Source of the DNA: Candidatus Fimenecus sp.
Lineage (GTDB): Bacteria > Bacillota > Clostridia > Oscillospirales > Acutalibacteraceae
Direction of reading: 5' to 3'
NCBI GenBank assembly: GCA_052273625.1
Contig: DAVZHW010000001.1
Coordinates: 135,718 to 199,717 of the forward strand
DNA length: 64,000 nucleotides
Below are positions 10,118 to 17,747 of the stretch, piece after piece. How positions within the stretch are numbered: the first letter of the stretch is position 1; each line of letters starts with the position of its first letter. The position numbers were made by a program, and so were the translations under genes. The notes under the pieces were generated by a model, which saw only the letters and a list, made by a program, of their open reading frames with translations, made no database searches and had not been told where the DNA came from.

Positions 10118-11135
10118 TAAGGTCTCATTTTCTACCTCGATAAAAAACAGCGCATTTATTAAAAACCCTGTTTTGTTTGAGTCGATAGGTATAGCGCCCG
10201 TTGTTGCAATGGCTGTTTCGGTTAAAACGGCAATTATGCTCTCGGTAATTTCAGCGGCGGAGCTTATAATAACCGAGTGCTTTGCGAATATTGCGCTCAA
10301 AAAGGTTAAGCACGAATACAGGGTGCTGATATATGCTCTTTTAGGCGTGCTTATAAATGTTCCGTTCTGGCTGTTTTTCTCGAAATTTGCACCGAACGAG
10401 ACTGCAAACGTAAGCATCTTTTTGCCGATAATTGCGGTAAATTCACTCATTGCACTTCACTGTGAGAGAGTAGCGGTCAGGTCAACGCTTAAAGAAACGT
10501 TCTTTGACGCTGTGTCCGCAACAATCGGCTATGTCCTGATCATCTTTATCGTTGCGATACTCAGAGAGGTCTTGGGCTCAGGAACCATTTACAGCATAAA
10601 GCTTAACCTTCCCGTACAGCTAAAGGGCTTGTTGTTGCCGTTCGGCGGATTTTTGATGCTCGGCTTTGCGGCGGCATTCTTTAAAGCAAGAATTAAGAGC
10701 AGGTATCCGGAGGAAAATCCCGAGGAGGCATTCAACCTTTCGGAAATTTCGCAGTCTCATCGTGAGGACATTAAAACTATGCTTCACGAGGATTTTGAGT
10801 CCCCATCAAAGGAAGCGGTTAAGGAAAATCCGATAGACTTCTTTAAGAGCGTGGTTGAAAAGGACGAGCAGCCTGAGGAAGAAAAGCACAAAAAGAGTAA
10901 AAAAATTAAAAGGGCGAAGAAAGAAAAGCCCGTTAAGACGGAGAAGCGTAAAAAAGAGAAAAAGGCTGTCGAAAAGTCAGTTGAAACAACTTCGGCTGAA
11001 AATCCGAGAAAAGAAAAATACGAGTCGGAATTTGACGATATTTTGCTTGAGCTTGAAAGAAGCAAATCTCCTAAAGAGGAAGAAAATATCGACATTTCAA
11101 AAGACAGCGACGGAAACGGCGGTGATGAGGCGTGA
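10110..11135 (+). CDS. RnfE/NqrD-like membrane protein, divergent, with a long Lys/Glu-rich C-terminal tail
   Basis: ATG at 10110 after GGAGGTGG, overlapping the upstream stop (ATGAATGA). KNPVLFESIGIAPVVAMAVS, IFLPIIAVNSLIA and LREVLGSGTIY match RsxE-type motifs apart from the Cys positions. Confidence 0.65.
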   Translation: MNDKVSFSTSIKNSAFIKNPVLFESIGIAPVVAMAVSVKTAIMLSVISAAELIITECFANIALKKVKHEYRVLIYALLGVLINVPFWLFFSKFAPNETANVSIFLPIIAVNSLIALHCERVAVRSTLKETFFDAVSATIGYVLIIFIVAILREVLGSGTIYSIKLNLPVQLKGLLLPFGGFLMLGFAAAFFKARIKSRYPEENPEEAFNLSEISQSHREDIKTMLHEDFESPSKEAVKENPIDFFKSVVEKDEQPEEEKHKKSKKIKRAKKEKPVKTEKRKKEKKAVEKSVETTSAENPRKEKYESEFDDILLELERSKSPKEEENIDISKDSDGNGGDEA

Positions 11136-11725
11136 GAGTAATAACAGAACTCATTTCGGCGGCTATGTACGCTATGTTAGTGCAAAACTTTATCTTTACA
11201 GGCGGTTACGGCGCTTCGGAGGCTGTCAGAATGGCGGCAAAACCGAAACAACTTTATCCGATGACATTTTTCATTACGTTGTTTTCGACATCGGTATCCG
11301 TAATTTGCGTTTTGCTTGAGCAGATTACGGCAGTCAAACGGATGGGTATACTCGGTCATGCGTTGGAGTTTGTTGTTGTGTTGACAATAATGTATGTTGT
11401 AGTGCTTGCTGTTTCTGTACTTGTGTTCAAGGCGAAGGACAGAACGGTTAGAAGAATCGGTATAGCGGCTTTTAACACGCTTGTAATCGCAGTTCCGTTT
11501 ATAAACTATCGTGCAGCATTCACGGTTGCGCAGGCAATCGGCTCGGGCATAGGTTCGGGATTTGCATTTGTTATTGCGGTATTGCTTATAAATATAGGCT
11601 TGCGCCGTCTTGACCGTAATCCGAATATCCCTGAAGCGTTCAAAGGCACTCCTGCGATATTTATTTATGTTTCAATTCTTTCGCTTGCTTTTTCGGGATT
11701 TTACGGTAGCGGATTGACTATGTAA
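11132..11725 (+). CDS. RnfA/NqrE-like membrane protein, divergent
   Basis: GTG start in a GTGA overlap with the upstream stop. VQNFIFTGGYGASEAV, AAFNTLVIAV, IPEAFKGTPAIFIYVSILSLAFSGFYG align with RsxA-type sequences. Confidence 0.65.
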   Translation: MRVITELISAAMYAMLVQNFIFTGGYGASEAVRMAAKPKQLYPMTFFITLFSTSVSVICVLLEQITAVKRMGILGHALEFVVVLTIMYVVVLAVSVLVFKAKDRTVRRIGIAAFNTLVIAVPFINYRAAFTVAQAIGSGIGSGFAFVIAVLLINIGLRRLDRNPNIPEAFKGTPAIFIYVSILSLAFSGFYGSGLTM

Positions 11726-11737
11726 AGGCAGAATAAA

Positions 11738-12916
11738 ATGCAGTTTCAAAACAAAAATGTTAAGCCGAGAAAAAGAAGTTATTACCACTTTTCAAAGAAT
11801 TATCCAAGCAGAAGCGGTAATATCTATGCTATCGGCGAGAGCAGGACAAGAAGAAAAAAAGAAAAAAGAAACAGAATAATTTTCTATGTATCGCTTGTGT
11901 TTGTGTTTGCGGGTGTGTTTATTATCGCTTCTGTTATTAGCAATTTATCGCACAGGTCGATTGACAGCACATCAAAAGGACTTGCCGACCAATATGACGG
12001 TCAACTAAAGGCTCTTGAAATGTCGGAAGAAGCACTCGGTGGCGGTATTGCTTATGATTTGTTCAGAACACAGCTTAAAACGGATAAGGCTAATGCGGTC
12101 GAGGTCGTGCTTAAAAGGGCTGACGGAAATTTGAACTACAATTCCACAGTTCAAACCGCAAAGGAAATCGGAGCTTGTGCACAGGCTTATGAAAATGCTT
12201 GGCAGACAATAGACAAGCTGCGAGCAGACGGATATAAAATCATTGTGAGAATTTATTGCTTTGAGGATCCGCTTGCATCGTCTATGTTAAAAGGCTCGGC
12301 GGTTACCGTTCAAGACGGAACAACAGTTTGGCTTGACGACAGCGCACAAAATGACGGCAATCCGTGGCTTAATCCTTATTCGCAGACAGCACAAGATTAT
12401 CTGTATGGCATTATCGGTGAATGTGCTTCAATGGGCGCAGATGTGATTATGCTAAACAGCGTTTGTTTCCCTACAGGTAATCTTACCGATACAGCGTTTT
12501 TCTCGGGCGAAGCGGAGAGCATAGAAAGTCGAAATTCAGTATTGCACACCTTCGTTTCAAAGTCGGCAGAGCTTTGCGGGGATACGCAAATTGCGTTGTG
12601 TACCGACATAGGCAGTGCGCTCAACGGAAACGAGCAACTTTATTCCGGCAGCATGTTCGACAGCGGTGCGTTATTTAACGCTGTTGATTTTACGGGCTTT
12701 GAGTCTACTTATGAGTTTTCGGTCGGCAACATATCGTCGGTTGGAATGGATAAGGCGACGCTTATTTCTGCATCAATTCCTTTGCTAAATGAAAAAGCGG
12801 AAGAAAATTATACGACAAAAGGACTTTTACCGATTATTGATGATGAGGCATATATTAAAAATCTCGAAGAATTGGGAATAAATAATTATATACTCATTCA
12901 AAAAACAGATAGTTGA
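11738..12916 (+). CDS. membrane-anchored DUF4015-like putative glycoside-hydrolase-fold protein
   Basis: N-terminal TM. NAVEVVLKRADGNLNY, IVRIYCFEDPLA, NPWLNPYS, DVIMLNSVCFP resemble the DUF4015 family pattern as I recall it. Only 12 nt after the rnfA-like stop. Confidence 0.5.
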   Translation: MQFQNKNVKPRKRSYYHFSKNYPSRSGNIYAIGESRTRRKKEKRNRIIFYVSLVFVFAGVFIIASVISNLSHRSIDSTSKGLADQYDGQLKALEMSEEALGGGIAYDLFRTQLKTDKANAVEVVLKRADGNLNYNSTVQTAKEIGACAQAYENAWQTIDKLRADGYKIIVRIYCFEDPLASSMLKGSAVTVQDGTTVWLDDSAQNDGNPWLNPYSQTAQDYLYGIIGECASMGADVIMLNSVCFPTGNLTDTAFFSGEAESIESRNSVLHTFVSKSAELCGDTQIALCTDIGSALNGNEQLYSGSMFDSGALFNAVDFTGFESTYEFSVGNISSVGMDKATLISASIPLLNEKAEENYTTKGLLPIIDDEAYIKNLEELGINNYILIQKTDS

Positions 12917-12941
12917 CAAAAGTCTATAAATATGCTATTAT
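12913..12941 (+). promoter_or_regulatory. sigma-A type promoter TTGACA-17 nt-TATTAT (TG at -15/-14)
   Basis: TTGACA 12913-12918 overlaps the upstream stop codon. TATTAT at 12936-12941. Confidence 0.6.
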
Positions 12942-12957
12942 ACTATCAGTATAACCC

Positions 12958-13086
12958 ATATTGAAGGGGAGTAGCTTGAATTCGGCGGTCAACATCATGT
13001 TGCGTTTCGCATCTGGTCGTCGAACCTATAATTTAGGAAGCAAGACCTTCGGCAGACTTTTTTATCTGTCGAAGGTCTTTATTTTT
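12958..13086 (+). promoter_or_regulatory. yybP-ykoY (Mn2+) riboswitch with expression-platform terminator
   Basis: Hallmark conserved blocks GAAGGGGAGUAGC (12963-12975) and UUUAGGAAGCAAGACCUUC (13032-13050). The 3' strand of P1 is shared with the terminator stem. Confidence 0.8.
13043..13086 (+). terminator. riboswitch-controlled intrinsic terminator
   Basis: 14-bp stem AGACCUUCGGCAGA/UCUGUCGAAGGUCU (one G-U pair), 8-nt loop, then UUAUUUUU. Confidence 0.8.
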
Positions 13087-13103
13087 AACAACGGAGGAAA
13101 ATT

Positions 13104-15773
13104 ATGAAACACTATCTCAGCACGCCGGAAGAAGTGTTCAAGGAAACGAGCTCTTCGGAAAAAGGTCTGACTTCCGAGCAGGCACAAAAGAGGCTTGAGG
13201 AAAACGGAAAAAACCGTCTTGAAGAGGGCAAGAAAAAGTCTGTAATCAGACGCCTTTTAGAGCAGTTTGCCGACCCTATGATAATCATTCTTATCGTTGC
13301 GGCAGCAATCTCGGGTATCACAGCGGCATTTGAGGGAGGATTTCCGTCAGATGTAATAATTATTCTTTTTGTAGTAATTTTGAATGCGATACTCGGCGTT
13401 GTTCAGGAAAGCAAGGCTGAAAAAGCGATTGAAGCGTTGCAGGAAATGGCGGCGGCAACCTCAAAGGTTGAGCGTGACGGCAAGGTTATGCAGATTAAGA
13501 GCGAAGACCTTGTTGTAGGTGATGTGATTATTCTCGAAGCGGGAGATGCGGTCCCTGCCGACGCAAGAATAATTGAAAGCGCAAGTCTTAAAATCGAAGA
13601 GGCGGCGTTGACAGGCGAGTCCGTTCCTGTAAATAAGTTTATAGACATTATCAACCTTAAGGACAGCGAGAAAGATGTTCCGCTCGGCGACCGTAAGAAT
13701 ATGATGTATATGGGTTCATCTGTTGTTTACGGACGAGGCAGAGCAGTTGTTACGGCAACGGGTATGGATACCGAAATGGGTAAAATCGCAGGTGCTTTGG
13801 CTCAGGCTCAGGACGGACAAACTCCCTTGCAGAAAAAACTTGCACAGCTTAGTAAGATATTAAGCTTTATAGTAATCGGTATTTGTGCGGTAATTTTCGC
13901 AATCGGTATAATCAGAGAGCTTGTTACAGGCAATCAGATAGGACTTGAATTCCTGCTTGATACCTTTATGATAGCGGTTTCGCTTGCTGTTGCGGCAATC
14001 CCCGAGGGACTTGCGGCTGTTGTAACCGTCGTGCTTTCAATCGGCGTTACCAATATGTCAAAGAAAAACGCTATTATAAGAAAGCTTACCGCTGTTGAAA
14101 CCTTGGGCTGTGCACAGATTATCTGCTCGGATAAGACAGGTACTCTTACACAGAACAAAATGACGGTTGTTGAGCATTACGGCGACGACGAAAAAATGCT
14201 TGCAACGGGTATGGCTCTTTGTACTGATGTCAATATTGACGAAAACAAAGAGATAATCGGAGAGCCTACCGAGGCTGCGCTTGTAGCTTATGCACTTACT
14301 CTTGATTTGAACAAAAACGATCTTTCAAAGAGCGAGCCGAGAGTTGCGGAAGCACCGTTTGACTCAATGAGAAAGATGATGTCAACCGTTCACTCAAAAG
14401 ACGGCGCATACATTCAATATACAAAGGGCGCACCCGACGAGGTATTGAAGTGCTGCACTAAGATTTTGAAGGACGGCAAAATCAGAGATATTACCGAAGC
14501 GGACAGAACGGAAATTCTCAAAAAGAACAAGGAATATGCCGACAGAGCGTTGCGTGTCCTTGCTTGCAGCTTTAAGGAGCTTTCCGAAATTCCTGCCGAC
14601 CAAAGCCCCGAGGCACTTGAAAAAGACCTTGTTTTCTGCGGACTTGTCGGTATGATTGACCCCGTAAGACCCGAGGTCAAGGCGGCAATCGAGGAATGCA
14701 GAACTGCGGGCATCAGACCGATTATGATTACGGGCGACCACAAGGATACGGCTACGGCTATCGCAATGGAGCTTGGAATAATCGACAGCCCCGACGCTGC
14801 AATCACAGGCGCACAGCTCAACGAAATTTCAGACGAGGATTTTGAAAAGGATGTCGAAAAGTATTCTGTTTATGCAAGAGTTCAGCCCGAGCATAAGGTA
14901 AGAATTGTAAACGCTTGGAAAAAGCGTGGTATGATTACCGCAATGACGGGCGACGGCGTAAACGACGCACCTTCGATTAAGAGTGCCGATATCGGCGTCG
15001 GAATGGGCATCACAGGCACGGATGTTACAAAGAACGTTGCGGATATGGTGCTTGCCGATGATAACTTTGCGACAATCGTTTCGGCGGTTGAAGAGGGCAG
15101 AAGAATTTACGATAATATCCGTAAATCTATTCAGTTCTTGCTTGCATCAAACCTAAGCGAAGTACTTTCAATTTTCTTTGCAAACCTTTTGGGCTTTACA
15201 ATTTTGAAGCCTGTTCATCTTCTTTGGATTAACCTTGTAACCGACTGCTTCCCTGCTCTTGCGCTTGCAATGGAAAAGAGCGAGAAGAATATAATGAGTC
15301 GTCCTCCGAGAAATTCAAAGGACGGTATATTCTCCGGCGGCGTAGGCTTTGATATTTTCTATCAGGGCGTATTTGTAACAGGTCTTACGCTTGCGGCGTA
15401 CTTTATCGGTCACTATATCGAAGCGGGCGTTTGGGAAATCACAAACTCTCCCGACGGTATGACAATGGCATTCCTCACAATGAGTATGTGTGAAATTTTC
15501 CACGCACTCAATATGCGTTCGCAGAGAGGCTCTACCGTTGCAATGACCTTTAGGGGCAGCCACAATATATACCTTTTCGGTTCATGCCTTATGTCGCTTT
15601 TGATGACAACGATTGTAATTTATGTTCCGTTCCTTGCAAATGCATTTGACTTCCAGCCGATAGATTTGATGGAATATGCGGTTGCACTTGCACTTGCGTT
15701 TGCTATCATTCCGCTTGTTGAAATCGTTAAGGCGATTGAAAGAGCAGTTGACAAAAGAAAAGTGAAGAAATAA
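13104..15773 (+). CDS. P-type cation-transporting ATPase (P2A, Ca2+/Mn2+ type)
   Basis: 889 aa. CSDKTGTLTQN phosphorylation motif, TGES, ITGDHKDTA, MTGDGVNDAPSIK, about 10 TM segments. Confidence 0.9.
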   Translation: MKHYLSTPEEVFKETSSSEKGLTSEQAQKRLEENGKNRLEEGKKKSVIRRLLEQFADPMIIILIVAAAISGITAAFEGGFPSDVIIILFVVILNAILGVVQESKAEKAIEALQEMAAATSKVERDGKVMQIKSEDLVVGDVIILEAGDAVPADARIIESASLKIEEAALTGESVPVNKFIDIINLKDSEKDVPLGDRKNMMYMGSSVVYGRGRAVVTATGMDTEMGKIAGALAQAQDGQTPLQKKLAQLSKILSFIVIGICAVIFAIGIIRELVTGNQIGLEFLLDTFMIAVSLAVAAIPEGLAAVVTVVLSIGVTNMSKKNAIIRKLTAVETLGCAQIICSDKTGTLTQNKMTVVEHYGDDEKMLATGMALCTDVNIDENKEIIGEPTEAALVAYALTLDLNKNDLSKSEPRVAEAPFDSMRKMMSTVHSKDGAYIQYTKGAPDEVLKCCTKILKDGKIRDITEADRTEILKKNKEYADRALRVLACSFKELSEIPADQSPEALEKDLVFCGLVGMIDPVRPEVKAAIEECRTAGIRPIMITGDHKDTATAIAMELGIIDSPDAAITGAQLNEISDEDFEKDVEKYSVYARVQPEHKVRIVNAWKKRGMITAMTGDGVNDAPSIKSADIGVGMGITGTDVTKNVADMVLADDNFATIVSAVEEGRRIYDNIRKSIQFLLASNLSEVLSIFFANLLGFTILKPVHLLWINLVTDCFPALALAMEKSEKNIMSRPPRNSKDGIFSGGVGFDIFYQGVFVTGLTLAAYFIGHYIEAGVWEITNSPDGMTMAFLTMSMCEIFHALNMRSQRGSTVAMTFRGSHNIYLFGSCLMSLLMTTIVIYVPFLANAFDFQPIDLMEYAVALALAFAIIPLVEIVKAIERAVDKRKVKK

Positions 15774-15792
15774 TCACAGTAATAGCAATAAG

Positions 15793-15813
15793 CCTCCCTT
15801 GTGTAAAGGGAGG
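15793..15813. repeat. palindromic hairpin, outer left arm of the inverted repeat flanking the DUF559 gene
   Basis: CCTCCCTTGTGTAAAGGGAGG. Core 15794-15812 is the exact reverse complement of 16222-16240. Confidence 0.85.
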
Positions 15814-15832
15814 TGTTGAGCGAAGCGAAACG

Positions 15833-15844
15833 GAGGGATTGTTT
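15833..15844. repeat. inner left arm of inverted repeat (covers the RBS)
   Basis: GAGGGATTGTTT is the exact reverse complement of AAACAATCCCTC at 16189-16200. Confidence 0.75.
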
Positions 15845-16215
15845 TGTTAGATAGAAAGCATAATCACAACCTTGTCGCAAACGCAAAGGACTTGCGCAAG
15901 AATATGACAAAGGAAGAATCTCACCTGTGGTATGATTTTCTTAAAACCTATCCTATTCGTTTTCAAAGACAAAAGATAATCGGTAAATATATTGTAGATT
16001 TTTATTCCGCAAAGATGAATTTAGTTATTGAACTTGACGGGTCTCAGCACTTTGAGGATCAAGGAATTGAATATGATGCCGAACGAACAAAATACTTGGA
16101 ACGATATGGCTTGACCGTAATCCGAATTCCAAACAATGAAATAAATTATAATTTTGACGGTGTTTGTGAATATATAGATAATTATATTAAACAATCCCTC
16201 AGTCGTCAAAAATGA
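15844..16215 (+). CDS. DUF559 (Vsr/restriction-endonuclease-like fold) domain protein
   Basis: 123 aa. TTG start after GGAGGGA. LRKNMTKEESHLWYDFLK...FQRQKIIGKYIVDFY...LVIELDGSQH...D..R...L...G..V.R are typical DUF559 motifs. Confidence 0.75.
   Translation: MLDRKHNHNLVANAKDLRKNMTKEESHLWYDFLKTYPIRFQRQKIIGKYIVDFYSAKMNLVIELDGSQHFEDQGIEYDAERTKYLERYGLTVIRIPNNEINYNFDGVCEYIDNYIKQSLSRQK
16189..16200. repeat. inner right arm of inverted repeat (inside the 3' end of the DUF559 ORF)
   Basis: AAACAATCCCTC, reverse complement of 15833-15844. Confidence 0.75.
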
Positions 16216-16220
16216 CGACA

Positions 16221-16241
16221 GCTCCCTTTACACAAGGGAGC
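16221..16241. repeat. palindromic hairpin, outer right arm of inverted repeat
   Basis: GCTCCCTTTACACAAGGGAGC. 8-bp stem, 5-nt loop. Reverse complement of the left arm core. Confidence 0.85.
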
Positions 16242-16260
16242 CTGAAAGAACAACAAAAAA

Positions 16261-16290
16261 CGCACTCGCTAAACCGAGTGCGTTTAATTT
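16261..16290. terminator. bidirectional intrinsic terminator (DUF559 gene / gatB)
   Basis: Stem CGCACTCG/CGAGTGCG, flanked by AAAAAA on the 5' side and TTTAATTTT on the 3' side. Confidence 0.7.
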
Positions 16291-16304
16291 TGCTTTGTTT
16301 ATTA

Positions 16305-17735
16305 TCAGCCCAAAATCTCTTTAAGGATTTTTTGAACCTCCTGTGCAGGTGCTTTGCCCTTGAGAGCACGCATTGCCTGACCCATAATATAGCCCATTGC
16401 CTGCGTTTTGCCTGCCTTGTATTCGGAAACACTCTTTTCATTTTCAGCGATAACCTGCTCAATTATCGGTCTTAAAGCCGAGAGGTCGGTTACCTGCGCA
16501 AGATTGTTTTCCTCAACATATTTCTCGGGGTTAACGCCGTCTGTGAATACCTTTTCAAGCACCTTTTTACCTGTTCCACGGTTAATCTTATTTGACTTAA
16601 CCATATTTATTATAGATGCAAGATCCTCGGGCTTCAACGGATTGTTTTCGGTAAGCGTTGCGCTGTCATTGAGAAGCTTCATAACTTCACCCATTATCCA
16701 GTTGGCAACATCTTTCGGGGAATTGCACTTTTCGAGGGTGCTCTCAAAGAATTTAACAAGTGCAATGTCGCCCGTGATAATTCCCGTGTCGTACTCGGGA
16801 AGTCCAAGCTCGTTCAAATAACGCTCTCTCTTTTCCTCGGGAAGCTCGGGCATTGTCGATTTGATTTCTTCGATTTGCTCGTCGGAAATTTCAATCGGCG
16901 GAAGGTCGGGCTCGGGGAAATACTTATAGTCCTGAGCGTCCTCTTTTGAACGCATTGCGTAGCTGTAGCCATTGTTATCGTCCCAACGGCGAGTTTCCTG
17001 AACGACTTTTTCGCCGTCCTCAAGAAGCTCAATCTGCCTCTGCGCCTCATAAGCGATTGCCCTTTCGATAGCGTGGAAAGAGTTCAAGTTCTTCATTTCG
17101 GTTCTTGTTCCGAATTCAGCTTGACCTTTAGGTCTTACCGAAAGGTTTACGTCGGCACGAAGTGAACCCTCTTGCATTTTACAGTCGGAAACGCCCGTGT
17201 ATTGAAGAATTGCACGAAGTTTTGAAAGGTAGTCGATAACTTCTTCCGCACTTCTGAAATCGGGTTCGGATACAATTTCAAGCAACGGCACACCGCAGCG
17301 GTTGTAGTCAACGAGCGTGCAATCCTCGAACTCGTCGTGAATAAGCTTGCCTGCATCCTCCTCCATATGAATTTCATGGATGCCGATTTTTTTCTTTTCC
17401 CCGTCCTTTGTATTGACTTCTATATAGCCGTTTCTGCAAATCGGGAGATAAAGCTGTGAAATCTGATAAGCCTTAGGCAAATCGGGGTAGAAGTAGTTTT
17501 TTCTGTCAAATTTATTGTTCTGTGTGATTGTGCAGTTTGTTGCAACGCCCGTGCGGATAGCGAACTCAACCACTCTCTTATTGAGAAGCGGTAAAGTACC
17601 GGGCATACCCGAACAAATCTCGCAAACATGAGTGTTTGGCTCTCCGCCGAACTCGGTTGAACAGCCACAGAATATTTTGGTTTTGGTTGCAAGCTCGGTA
17701 TGAACTTCAAGTCCCATTACTATTTCCCATTCCAT
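16305..17735 (-). CDS. gatB: aspartyl/glutamyl-tRNA amidotransferase subunit B
   Basis: 476 aa. MEWEIVMGLEVHTELATKTKIFCGC, C-terminal YqeY-like domain. Confidence 0.95.
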   Translation of the reverse strand: MEWEIVMGLEVHTELATKTKIFCGCSTEFGGEPNTHVCEICSGMPGTLPLLNKRVVEFAIRTGVATNCTITQNNKFDRKNYFYPDLPKAYQISQLYLPICRNGYIEVNTKDGEKKKIGIHEIHMEEDAGKLIHDEFEDCTLVDYNRCGVPLLEIVSEPDFRSAEEVIDYLSKLRAILQYTGVSDCKMQEGSLRADVNLSVRPKGQAEFGTRTEMKNLNSFHAIERAIAYEAQRQIELLEDGEKVVQETRRWDDNNGYSYAMRSKEDAQDYKYFPEPDLPPIEISDEQIEEIKSTMPELPEEKRERYLNELGLPEYDTGIITGDIALVKFFESTLEKCNSPKDVANWIMGEVMKLLNDSATLTENNPLKPEDLASIINMVKSNKINRGTGKKVLEKVFTDGVNPEKYVEENNLAQVTDLSALRPIIEQVIAENEKSVSEYKAGKTQAMGYIMGQAMRALKGKAPAQEVQKILKEILG

Positions 17736-17747
17736 AGTCTGTCCTCC

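Noticed and set aside
10855-11319. 154-aa ORF in an alternative frame across the Lys/Glu-rich tail of the RnfE-like gene and the start of the RnfA-like gene.
   Set aside because: Purine-rich low-complexity DNA stays open in several frames. The in-frame continuation of the RnfE-like protein and the GTGA-coupled RnfA-like start explain the region.
8954-11725. Annotating the three ORFs simply as the electron-transport complex RnfDEA.
   Set aside because: The homology is real, but RnfC/G/B are not adjacent and the Cys ligand positions appear substituted. A canonical ferredoxin:NAD+ oxidoreductase function is not supported by what is visible here.
16199-16475. 87-aa ORFs on both strands (16199-16462 minus, 16212-16475 plus) next to the DUF559 gene.
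   Set aside because: They run through the hairpin and terminator region and into the 3' end of gatB in the wrong frame. No RBS.
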